From Planctomycetota bacterium (lineage in GTDB: Bacteria > Planctomycetota > UBA11346): 64,000 nucleotides of DNA. The position numbers and the translations under genes were made by a program. Below the pieces are notes generated by a model. That model made no database searches. It saw only the letters and a program-made list of their open reading frames with translations, and was not told the DNA's origin. The DNA lies in NCBI GenBank assembly GCA_016745075.1, contig JADGDD010000002.1:130034-194033 (forward strand), in the 5' to 3' direction. Of the stretch, positions 19,525 to 29,107 are shown piece after piece. Within the stretch, counting starts at the first letter, position 1. Each line of letters opens with the position of its first letter.

Positions 19525-20261
19525 GATCGTTTTGGCGTTTTTAGTCCAAGTATTTCAAGAACCAGCTGCAAGTCTGTCCAGCAATCTTTTTTTGCCGCAG
19601 GGTTACGCAATAAATAACTGGGATGATAGGTTGGGATAACTGGAATATTACCGAAAAGAAACTGTCGTCCACGTGCGCGGGTAATGCCAATATTATAATT
19701 GTTTTTTAATGCGCGGAGCGGGGTGTTACCAAGGGCACAAATTATGTTTGGTTGAACCGCCTGTATTTGCGCTTCCAGCCACGGCATGCTCAAGGCAGCT
19801 TCTTCTTCTGTTGGAGTGCGATTGCGAGGGGGGCGCCATTTAACAATATTGGCAATGAAAACATCTTCTCGTTTCAGGCCCATCGCGTTAATCATTTTAT
19901 CGAGCAGTTGTCCAGCAGCACCAACAAAAGGGCGGCCTTGTGCATCTTCATCTTTACCAGGCCCTTCGCCGATAAACATGAGTTGTGCGTTAGGATTACC
20001 TTCGCCAGGAACGCAATTGCGTGTGCCAGTAAAAAGAGGCGTACTTTTTAGGAGTAATTCGTTGATAGCCGCAAGTTGCGCTGCCGCAGGCAGAGTTGTG
20101 TCTATTTCAATCGGTTTAGGTGCGGCTGGTGTTTCAGGGACTTCTTCTTTTTTTGTGGCTGTTTGTTCCACCGGTGGTGGACGCATTGCAAATTGCACGC
20201 CCAAATGCTGGTCCATTTCGGCCAGCATCAGGGCGGTGCGGTACAGTGCGTTCATATCCAT
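19521..20261 (-). CDS. uracil-DNA glycosylase family 4 protein
   Basis: The family-4 motif GEGPGKDEDAQGRPFVGAAGQLL is present. The N-terminus carries an Ala/Pro-rich extension. Confidence 0.75.
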   Translation of the reverse strand: MDMNALYRTALMLAEMDQHLGVQFAMRPPPVEQTATKKEEVPETPAAPKPIEIDTTLPAAAQLAAINELLLKSTPLFTGTRNCVPGEGNPNAQLMFIGEGPGKDEDAQGRPFVGAAGQLLDKMINAMGLKREDVFIANIVKWRPPRNRTPTEEEAALSMPWLEAQIQAVQPNIICALGNTPLRALKNNYNIGITRARGRQFLFGNIPVIPTYHPSYLLRNPAAKKDCWTDLQLVLEILGLKTPKRS

Positions 20262-20288
20262 TATAGTCCTGTATTACTACTCGGATTC

Positions 20289-21443
20289 TTAGTAACCAGA
20301 GAGAGACGGGTCAATTTCTTCGCCCCATGCAAGGATACCACCTTCAAGATTGAAGATATTGGTGAAGCCATGTTTATGTAAAGTTGCAGCTGCTTTCTGA
20401 CTACGTTGACCAGACTTACATTGGCAAATGATGGTTTTGCCTTTCCATTCGTTTAATTCATCTAAACGATTTGGAACCTGTCCAAGAGGAATGTGCACAT
20501 GGCCATCAATTTGACAGATGTTTAATTCAAAGTCTTCACGAACATCTAGCAATAAATGTTCTGTGCCAGCATCACGCAAATCAGCGTATTCACTCACACT
20601 CATGCGTTCAAAGGCTGGTGCTTCTTCTGCTTCACCTTCGCCACGTTTGAGGCCACAGAATTGTTCATAATCGATCAACTCGGTAATCGTTGGATTGGCG
20701 CTACAGACAGGACACTCAGGATCTTTGCGTAGTTTCAGTTCACGAATATCCATAGTGAGTGCATCATAACGCATAAAGCGACCAACCAGCGGTTCGCCAA
20801 CACCAGTTAAACATTTAATTGCTTCAGTTGCTTGAATCATCGCAATGGTACCTGGCAGTACACCAAGTACGCCACCCTCTGCACATGATGGAACCATGCC
20901 CGGTTCTGGTGGTTCTGGGTATAAGCAGCGGTAGCATGGGCCATTTTTCGCATCAAAAACAGTTGCCTGTCCTTCAAAACGATAGATAGAGCCATAGATG
21001 TTAATTTTACCAAGCATAACGCAGGCATCATTCACCAAGTAACGTGTTGGAAAATTGTCGGTGCCATCAATAACAAGGTCATACTTGCTAATGATCTCAA
21101 GAGCATTGTGAGAGGCGATGCCTTCCTCATAAAGCTCAACGGTGACATCAGGGTTGATGTCATTAATAGCACGTTTTGCGCTTTTAGCTTTGCTAACACC
21201 AATGTCTTGCATGCGATGAATGACCTGGCGTTGGAGATTTGACATGTCCACTACATCAAAGTCCATAATACCTAAGCGGCCAATGCCAGCAGCTGATAAA
21301 TAGAGCGCCAACGGTGAGCCAAGGCCACCAGCGCCAATCAGCAGGATAGAGCTGCCGAGTAACTTCTCTTGTGCAGCTTCGCCAAATTCAGGCAGGGTTA
21401 AGTGTCGAGCGTATCGTTGGTACTGTTCTGTTGTTAGGGCCAT
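20289..21443 (-). CDS. moeZ: MoeB/ThiF-type adenylyltransferase fused to a C-terminal rhodanese domain (MoeZ/MOCS3-like)
   Basis: The E1-like Rossmann motif (LLIGAGGLGSPLALYL) and CxxC pairs are present, followed by a C-terminal rhodanese domain with an active-site Cys (CQCKSGQRS). Confidence 0.8.
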   Translation of the reverse strand: MALTTEQYQRYARHLTLPEFGEAAQEKLLGSSILLIGAGGLGSPLALYLSAAGIGRLGIMDFDVVDMSNLQRQVIHRMQDIGVSKAKSAKRAINDINPDVTVELYEEGIASHNALEIISKYDLVIDGTDNFPTRYLVNDACVMLGKINIYGSIYRFEGQATVFDAKNGPCYRCLYPEPPEPGMVPSCAEGGVLGVLPGTIAMIQATEAIKCLTGVGEPLVGRFMRYDALTMDIRELKLRKDPECPVCSANPTITELIDYEQFCGLKRGEGEAEEAPAFERMSVSEYADLRDAGTEHLLLDVREDFELNICQIDGHVHIPLGQVPNRLDELNEWKGKTIICQCKSGQRSQKAAATLHKHGFTNIFNLEGGILAWGEEIDPSLSGY

Positions 21444-21668
21444 CAGGGCTCTCCTCTCCTATGATCAATCAAGGGCGAACAGTCTGTACTACGTATTCGC
21501 AGAGGCAACCGTTTGATCTGAGGCTCTTCTCTGCAATACTTAGAGAGATCACTCGACTCCTTGGGTTGAAGGTGAGGGAGCGTTCTGAGGACGAGTGTCA
21601 TGAGGGAATTATTCTAACTGTTGTGATATGAGCTCTTTGGAGGGCTGGTATTTAAAAGGGAAAGAGCA

Positions 21669-22592
21669 ATGAAATCTTTATCGTTAGACTCTATGAAGCG
21701 AGCAGAGTTATTTATGCACACCCAAGCTCGTCCCTTGGATCTTGCCGTCTATAATTATCTATTTAAAGGTTCTCCACAAGAACATGCTCTTATGGAGCTT
21801 GGTAAGTTTCAAAATGATGATGGAGGATTCGGGCAAGGAATTGAGATAGATTTTAGGCTGCCATTATCGTCCCCGATGTCTACATCGATAGGACTGCAAT
21901 ATCTGATTCGTTTGAATGTGTCTGTTGATCATGATATGTTTGCTCGCGCAATCGACTATCTCGTAAACGAATACGATGCAGTGCATGAAGGGTGGTGGGC
22001 AAACCCAGAAAGCTTACTTGCTTATCCTCATGCTCCGTGGTGGGGATATAATGCTCAGCACAAAGAAGAGTACTTTCAGAAGTATTGGCTAAATCCGTGT
22101 ATTGAGTTGATTGGTTATCTCAGTCTCAAGACTGATGCTGTTTCAGGGCAGTTGTTTCAGCGCATGGTAGAAAAGGCCATGAAAATGTTTGATGAATCTA
22201 ACGAGCCTTTGGATGGTCATGCTTTTTTATGTTGTGTCCGAGCGATTGCAGTATTGCCGCAACCCTATAAAGATACTGTGTATCAGAAGGTTTGTGGACG
22301 CGCCGTTCATGCCGTTCAAACAGATAGTAAAGAATGGGATCATTACTGTATTACGCCACATCAGTGTATTGAAAACAAAAAAAGTTTATTGTATCCCATC
22401 TTTGAATCTTGTTTTGATGCCAATCTTGATTGGCTTATTGATTCTCAGCAAGAAGATGGGTCATGGCATCCACGATGGTCGTGGGGACAGTACGAATCAG
22501 ATTGGAATCTAGCAAAAAAAGAATGGCAAGGGAAACTGACGTTGCTTAATATGATAGTTTTAAAGAACTTTCATAGAATTGCTGATGACTAA
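21669..22592 (+). CDS. hypothetical alpha/alpha-toroid protein with prenyltransferase/squalene-cyclase-type repeats
   Basis: QNDDGGFGQG and QQEDGSWHPRWSWGQ motifs match the PFTB/SQHop-cyclase repeat consensus (Q-x-x-DGG-F/W-G). I saw no other recognisable domain. Confidence 0.5.
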   Translation: MKSLSLDSMKRAELFMHTQARPLDLAVYNYLFKGSPQEHALMELGKFQNDDGGFGQGIEIDFRLPLSSPMSTSIGLQYLIRLNVSVDHDMFARAIDYLVNEYDAVHEGWWANPESLLAYPHAPWWGYNAQHKEEYFQKYWLNPCIELIGYLSLKTDAVSGQLFQRMVEKAMKMFDESNEPLDGHAFLCCVRAIAVLPQPYKDTVYQKVCGRAVHAVQTDSKEWDHYCITPHQCIENKKSLLYPIFESCFDANLDWLIDSQQEDGSWHPRWSWGQYESDWNLAKKEWQGKLTLLNMIVLKNFHRIADD

Positions 22593-22650
22593 AGGTGTGG
22601 GCATTGTGAAGTAAAGCTTGGCAGAAAATGGTTGCTCTTAGGATGTATGC

Positions 22651-23313
22651 ATGGTTTTTATTGATACTCCCCCAGACCAGCGTCGTCGTGCGCGACTTGT
22701 TCGTGATGCTTTGGTTGACTGTCCAGATAAACGGGTGCGGGAAGCGATTGCAACTTTGCCGCGCCATTTCTTTTTGCCAGAGGGAGCGGCTGCAGATGCT
22801 TACAGAGATGCACCGATAGCCATAGGCGCAGAGCAAACGATTTCTCAGCCAAGTCTTGTTGCTCAGATGTTAGCGTATTTACAGATAGAGGAGGGTCAGC
22901 AGGTTTTAGATGTTGGTGCCGGATCTGGTTATGTAAGTGCATTGCTCGCACAATTGGTTGGCCCAACAGGTCAGGTGCGTGCACTTGAACGACAAGGTGT
23001 TTTGGTGGCTCGAGCTCAACAAGTGCTCGCCTTTCTTGGTTTAGACCAGCAGGTGCAAGTAGAACATGCTGATGGAACAGAGACGCATGAACAGCGTTAT
23101 GATGTAATCCATGTCGGGTGCGCATTAGCAGGAGAGCCAACGATGTTACTGGATGCTTTGCAGCCACAGGGGCGATTGATTATTCCTCTCTCTGAATCGA
23201 GTACAGACACCGTGGCAGATCTTTACCTGTTTGAGAAACAAGGAGATGGAACAGTGACGAGATCAAAAATAGATGATGTTTGTTTTGTTCCAATGCTCTC
23301 TGGTTTGGAGTAA
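22651..23313 (+). CDS. pcm: protein-L-isoaspartate(D-aspartate) O-methyltransferase
   Basis: QTISQPSLVAQM, the SAM motif VLDVGAGSGYVSALLA and the C-terminal region GRLIIPL are present. The match to E. coli Pcm runs along the whole protein. Confidence 0.85.
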   Translation: MVFIDTPPDQRRRARLVRDALVDCPDKRVREAIATLPRHFFLPEGAAADAYRDAPIAIGAEQTISQPSLVAQMLAYLQIEEGQQVLDVGAGSGYVSALLAQLVGPTGQVRALERQGVLVARAQQVLAFLGLDQQVQVEHADGTETHEQRYDVIHVGCALAGEPTMLLDALQPQGRLIIPLSESSTDTVADLYLFEKQGDGTVTRSKIDDVCFVPMLSGLE

Positions 23314-23369
23314 ATAACTGGTCTGTAGTTTACACACAGATACTGTTATCGTCAGCGTGTTAAAATAAA

Positions 23370-24041
23370 CTACTGATTCAATATATCCCAGCCAATCCAC
23401 ATAATTGCTAAATCTACGCAGGCATGACTTATACATGTGGTCAACAAGCTATGGTTATGTTCGCGTAGCCAACTCCACCAGATGCCACCAAGAACGGTTC
23501 CGCCAACAAAGAGCCAAGCATAGCCAGCAGGGAAATAGAGCAGCATTGGGAAAATATGATGTAGTCCAAAGCAAGTGCCGCTCAGAAGTATAGCAGGCCA
23601 CCTGCGTAAGCCGAGCGTGCGTAGTCGATCTGTTATAAAGCCTCGCCAGTACCATTCTTCCTGTAGGCTGTTCACAGCGCTGAGGAAAATAGCCATGCTC
23701 CAGAAGGTGAGCATGCTGGTAAGCCCCATTTCATGCAGTTTTTTGCGAAGTGCTATACTTGGTAGCTGTTCCTTGAGCCCTCCATAATAGGCGAGCAGAA
23801 TCGTCCCGCCAATAACAAGCCCACTTACCAATCCCAGCCAGTGGAAGCTCCATTGCGCGCCATAATGTTTCAAGCATGGTTTGATGATATTTGGCTGCGC
23901 ACGCCGACTGAACCAAAAAATAAATACAGGAAGCAGGGCGAGCGCAATCTTGCCAAGTCCATACGAGGCAGGGTAGCCCCATTGTAAGTAAAAGGTCAGG
24001 TAAGTTGCCAGCGCAGGCAGAAAGAGATATAAATAATCCAT
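23370..24041 (-). CDS. CPBP family intramembrane glutamic endopeptidase (CAAX protease/Abi family)
   Basis: The protein is polytopic with the three CPBP motifs: EEWYWRGF (EExxxR), FGLHH (FxxxH) and HACVD (HxxxD/N). Confidence 0.75.
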   Translation of the reverse strand: MDYLYLFLPALATYLTFYLQWGYPASYGLGKIALALLPVFIFWFSRRAQPNIIKPCLKHYGAQWSFHWLGLVSGLVIGGTILLAYYGGLKEQLPSIALRKKLHEMGLTSMLTFWSMAIFLSAVNSLQEEWYWRGFITDRLRTLGLRRWPAILLSGTCFGLHHIFPMLLYFPAGYAWLFVGGTVLGGIWWSWLREHNHSLLTTCISHACVDLAIMWIGWDILNQ

Positions 24042-24153
24042 ATATTAACAAACGATAACTTAATAATAAGAAAGTCAAGCTCATGCTTGTGTGCATGAGA
24101 TGTTGATTTAAATTGGCGTTCTGTTTACTTGATTTTATGAAAAAGGCGGTTTT

Positions 24154-26883
24154 ATGAAGGTGTGCGGCTTCTTTGTGGCAGTGTTCATGTTGGTTTCGGG
24201 AAACGTGTTTGCTGTAGAGCATTTTTCATTGCGAGACTCTTTGGTTCAATTTGATAAATTATCTTCCGAGTTGCAAGCCGATGTGGTAGGAGATGAAGTC
24301 CTTGATCAAGCTTTGCTTGCAACAGCACAGCTCATCATAACAACAGATTTACCCGGCATCTCATCGTGTGATGCTTGGTATGATTTAGGTCAGCGTTTAT
24401 TGGAGAGGCGAACAGTTTCGGATATTTGGGAAGAATCGTACCCTCGTTTGTGGATTGATGCACTTGCTGGCCGTATGAATTATGTTTTAGAAGAAATAAA
24501 CCGTATGGCTCCATCAGAAGAGGATGCCCATGCGCGTGCTTTACGATGTCTTGCGACGCATGACTGGCGTCAGTTACATAATGTACAGGAGCGTACGGCT
24601 TGGGAAGCATATGCATACTGCAAAACACGGGGTGATGTTGGGTTAATCACGGACATGAAGCAAGCAAGGTTGCATGACCTTCCACGACATGTGGTTGCAT
24701 CATATGTCTGTCGTGCGCCAGTTTATGTCGGCTTTCGTTTTGGTGTCCGCAGCCATTCGCAGCCAGTTCGATGGAATGCGCAAATAACATTAGCGGAATA
24801 TGCGGGGATGGCTTTAGGTTTATTGGTTGCGTATCAGCAAGATGATGAATCAGGCCAAATGCCATTATTGCATGAGATTATTGTGAATGCAAAGGATCTC
24901 GATCTCTTGCCAGCAAGTACATATTTGAAACTTGGACAACAAGTTCAACGTACGTTTTATAAAACGGTGCAACGGGAGTGGTATACAAACATGATATCAT
25001 ATTTAGAGTCGGATTATCATATTCCCACAGTTCAATGGTTACGTTATGTGAAGAGTAAGGTGGCGGCGGTAGATGATTCACTTTTGTGCCCGAGTTTGCC
25101 AACAATTACACAGTGTGTCGATAGTATAGTTATTGGCAATTTTATCCAACGAGTTGAGGTGTCGACTGTTCCATCGAGAGGTCAGCAAAGGTATGGACAT
25201 ACACGCATTTCAGAAGAAAATAAAGCGAGGGTGGAGGCGCAGGCTGAGGCGGGTTTATATGAGGCAATGTATGCGTGGCTTCAGGGTGTTCGAAAGAAGG
25301 GGCGTGGAGTAGAGTTTGTGGAAGGAGCTTTGCATAAACATATAGAAGAAGAGAGCAATGAATATTCAATTGTTTCTTTATTGTCATCAATCAGGACATT
25401 TCAACGAGATCGAAATCATAAAAGTGCGCGCGAGTTATTGATCCGGTTGTTTGACGAATGGAAAAAGCGTTATGTAAGTAATGGAAAACCGTTATCAACA
25501 CGTGGAATTAAGGAATGTCTTTTTGTTGCGAAATTTAGTGGGGTTGATGCGTCTCTATTGGGAAAACTGTATGCTTACGGTCGTGACCTTGATGCTGAAA
25601 ATCCAGTATTCCAACAAGATAAGATACAAAAGTGGGATTATAATGCATCGGCGAAGCAAGCGCGTGTGTATATGGATTCAGGAGATATTGATCAAGCGTG
25701 GGACTTAATGCGACCATTTGACACTTTAACGGATCATGACTTAGCGGGGTATTTGTTGCTCGGGAAAATCGCGGAAGAGCGAGGGGCTTTTAAACGTGCG
25801 TATACAAGATACGAGAAGGCTTATAGACAGGAGCGCAAAGAGAAAGAAGGGTACTCAACTGGACAGAGAAGAGCGTTCGTGGCTACAGAAGCGTTAGTGA
25901 ACCTTGCGAAAAAAGAAGGTGATTTTGAAAAGGCGGTTTCATATTGTATAAGGGAGAGTGACTATCGGTTTTATGAGTCGTATTATATAATTCCTTTGCA
26001 TTTTGACCTGTTGATCTCTATGGGGAAGATAGAAGAGGCTTTATTGTTGCTCGAGAAGAAGAATGCAGAGCATCATGCTTACCTTACGAGAAGAGGTTAT
26101 AAGACGATTACGGATTCATCAATATATGCTGGGGTGGCTCCGTACGCATTGATCATGCAAACCCCATCCAGAATTGACGAGGCTATTCGTCTTTATGGAA
26201 ATGATGCGAGCCGTCTCGAAAAGGGCGGCTATATGGAGTTATTTATTTCGGAATTATTAGATCAGAAAAAAGAGGGTGTTTTATTGGACGCTTATAATGA
26301 GAAGGGAAGGGTGAAGAAGTCTAAAGAACGGTCTTTTATGGTGGGAATTTTGGCTCTATCACAGGGGCGACTTGCCGACGCGCATCATTTGTTATTGCGA
26401 CGAATGAATGGCTATAAAAAAGATAAAGAACGACAGGCGTATATGTGGCTGCATGCGTTTGCCTTAAGTAGAGAGGGGGATGCTCTTTCTGCAGCTGATG
26501 GACAGTGGATCAAAGCTCTTGGTGCAGGGAGTGAGTGTTTGTCGATAGCATATGGCTTTGTGAACGGAGAGATTGATGAAAAGGATGCAGTAAAGGAGGC
26601 TTGTTTATATGGAGATTCGAATGTGGTCTTTACCGTGTGCGCATTGCGGGCAATTAGGGATGGTCATATGGAGCGTGCTCAAGAGTTATTGCGATTAGTG
26701 GAGGAGTCTGACGCAGGAAAAATGCAGAAGTCGATGGCGAGGCGGATCGGCGAATGGCTTGGGTCTGCAACGGAACAAGATATAGCACAGGCATTTATCC
26801 GTACAGGAAAGCCTAAGGTAAAGCCGAAGAAAAAAGCAAAGGAAGAACCCGTCCCTGAAGGTCAATTAATTGATTCATTCTGA
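24154..26883 (+). CDS. large secreted or periplasmic hypothetical protein with TPR-like helical repeats and a lysine-rich C-terminal tail
   Basis: An N-terminal signal peptide (MKVCGFFVAVFMLVSGNVFA) is followed by a 909 aa helical-repeat protein. The C-terminus reads KPKVKPKKKAKEEPVPEGQLIDSF. Confidence 0.5.
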   Translation: MKVCGFFVAVFMLVSGNVFAVEHFSLRDSLVQFDKLSSELQADVVGDEVLDQALLATAQLIITTDLPGISSCDAWYDLGQRLLERRTVSDIWEESYPRLWIDALAGRMNYVLEEINRMAPSEEDAHARALRCLATHDWRQLHNVQERTAWEAYAYCKTRGDVGLITDMKQARLHDLPRHVVASYVCRAPVYVGFRFGVRSHSQPVRWNAQITLAEYAGMALGLLVAYQQDDESGQMPLLHEIIVNAKDLDLLPASTYLKLGQQVQRTFYKTVQREWYTNMISYLESDYHIPTVQWLRYVKSKVAAVDDSLLCPSLPTITQCVDSIVIGNFIQRVEVSTVPSRGQQRYGHTRISEENKARVEAQAEAGLYEAMYAWLQGVRKKGRGVEFVEGALHKHIEEESNEYSIVSLLSSIRTFQRDRNHKSARELLIRLFDEWKKRYVSNGKPLSTRGIKECLFVAKFSGVDASLLGKLYAYGRDLDAENPVFQQDKIQKWDYNASAKQARVYMDSGDIDQAWDLMRPFDTLTDHDLAGYLLLGKIAEERGAFKRAYTRYEKAYRQERKEKEGYSTGQRRAFVATEALVNLAKKEGDFEKAVSYCIRESDYRFYESYYIIPLHFDLLISMGKIEEALLLLEKKNAEHHAYLTRRGYKTITDSSIYAGVAPYALIMQTPSRIDEAIRLYGNDASRLEKGGYMELFISELLDQKKEGVLLDAYNEKGRVKKSKERSFMVGILALSQGRLADAHHLLLRRMNGYKKDKERQAYMWLHAFALSREGDALSAADGQWIKALGAGSECLSIAYGFVNGEIDEKDAVKEACLYGDSNVVFTVCALRAIRDGHMERAQELLRLVEESDAGKMQKSMARRIGEWLGSATEQDIAQAFIRTGKPKVKPKKKAKEEPVPEGQLIDSF

Positions 26884-26888
26884 TTTTA

Positions 26889-27764
26889 TCATACCCGTAT
26901 CTGTAATTTTCGATTGAGGCGCAGTGCCATTGTTTTTTCGTAATAGGCAGCTTCGTTGATAAAGACGGGGTACCAGCCTGGTTCGCCATCATAGAGGATG
27001 ACGTCACCGTTGTAAGTTATGAACAGCGGTGAGCCGGGTTTCAGTTCTTGGTAGTTAGCGTTTTGTAAGTCTTTATGAATCATTGCCGTTATATTGCCGT
27101 CGTCATCGCTAGGGTATTCAATCAGTTTGCCGCGCTGAAATACGTCCAAATTACCATGGAAGGTCTTTTCTGGAGAGCGGTTGACCATGTCAATGTAATC
27201 AAGGGCATGCCGCACAACCTCATCCATCTGTTCAAAAATATCGTGGCGTAAAACCCCTGGCGCTATAGGGCCTATTTCAACCAACATACTGCATGGAGCG
27301 ATGCTTTGTAGGCCGATGGTATCTTCATATTTCTTGTCTGAAATATAAATAGAGACATCAGTTATCTGTTTCTGAATGTAACCAGCGATGCCGAGGTTAA
27401 ACGGATTATCATAAACAATTAAAGTCACACCCATGTCGGCGGTCGTGGTGTGCAAATCAAGCAGTACATCTGTTTTGGGCTTATTTAACTTTGGCCCAAG
27501 TAGATTATTTAACTCATGTGCTCGCTGCGCTTCCCGAGTAGCTGCTGGTTCTCTATTAAGTTCAGCAATAGCAAAACCACGGTTCAGATCTTCGTCTACA
27601 TAACGGACGCACTGTTGTACGGCGACAGGGTTGCCTATGACCAGTTGCGTTGATAGTGTTTCACGTTCCACTATCTGTGGGTTTGCTCGCAAGCGTTCAA
27701 TTAACCGAACCCCTGTTACTTCATTGCCGTGTGTTCCACCTACGATTGCTATCTGTGTTTTCAT
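26889..27764 (-). CDS. succinylglutamate desuccinylase/aspartoacylase family zinc hydrolase
   Basis: The N-terminus IAIVGGTHGNEVTG is the metal-binding H-x-x-E motif of the AstE/AspA family. Confidence 0.65.
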   Translation of the reverse strand: MKTQIAIVGGTHGNEVTGVRLIERLRANPQIVERETLSTQLVIGNPVAVQQCVRYVDEDLNRGFAIAELNREPAATREAQRAHELNNLLGPKLNKPKTDVLLDLHTTTADMGVTLIVYDNPFNLGIAGYIQKQITDVSIYISDKKYEDTIGLQSIAPCSMLVEIGPIAPGVLRHDIFEQMDEVVRHALDYIDMVNRSPEKTFHGNLDVFQRGKLIEYPSDDDGNITAMIHKDLQNANYQELKPGSPLFITYNGDVILYDGEPGWYPVFINEAAYYEKTMALRLNRKLQIRV

Positions 27765-27870
27765 CGTCATATGATAGAAACGTATGCTTTGAGGTTCAAA
27801 TAATAAGCGCTACAGGTTTCATAAGTTAGGCTAATATATCAAGTGCAGGAATAAGAGCATAATTCAGGGC

Positions 27871-27905
27871 AAAAAATCACCCTCGGCCAAGAGGCCGAGG
27901 GTGAG
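27871..27905 (-). terminator. rho-independent terminator downstream of ilvC
   Basis: An 11 bp perfect stem CACCCTCGGCC/GGCCGAGGGTG with loop AAGA is followed, on the minus strand, by a TTTTTT run. Confidence 0.7.
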
Positions 27906-27933
27906 AGACGTTATTTAATAATGAAGGGCAGGT

Positions 27934-28989
<1,056 letters not shown>

Positions 28990-29107
28990 TCATACGGTAG
29001 AGATCGTATGGTCGGGCGAAATCAGAGCGGGCACCCTAGTGCCTGTTTTTAATTTGCAACGGGGGGTTTGTGCTAGCCGTTGGCAGAGAAGCCTTTACAG
29101 TGGGCTT

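Noticed and set aside
21444-21668. Possible Moco or other riboswitch in the 225 bp gap between moeZ and the toroid-protein gene
   Set aside because: The moeZ 5' UTR would lie on the minus strand here. I cannot recognise the conserved Moco-riboswitch features by eye. This needs a covariance-model scan (Infernal/Rfam) before any call. The small ORF in this region is noted in the findings instead.
22658-23167. 169 aa minus-strand ORF antisense to pcm
   Set aside because: It is an antisense frame through a well-supported pcm gene.
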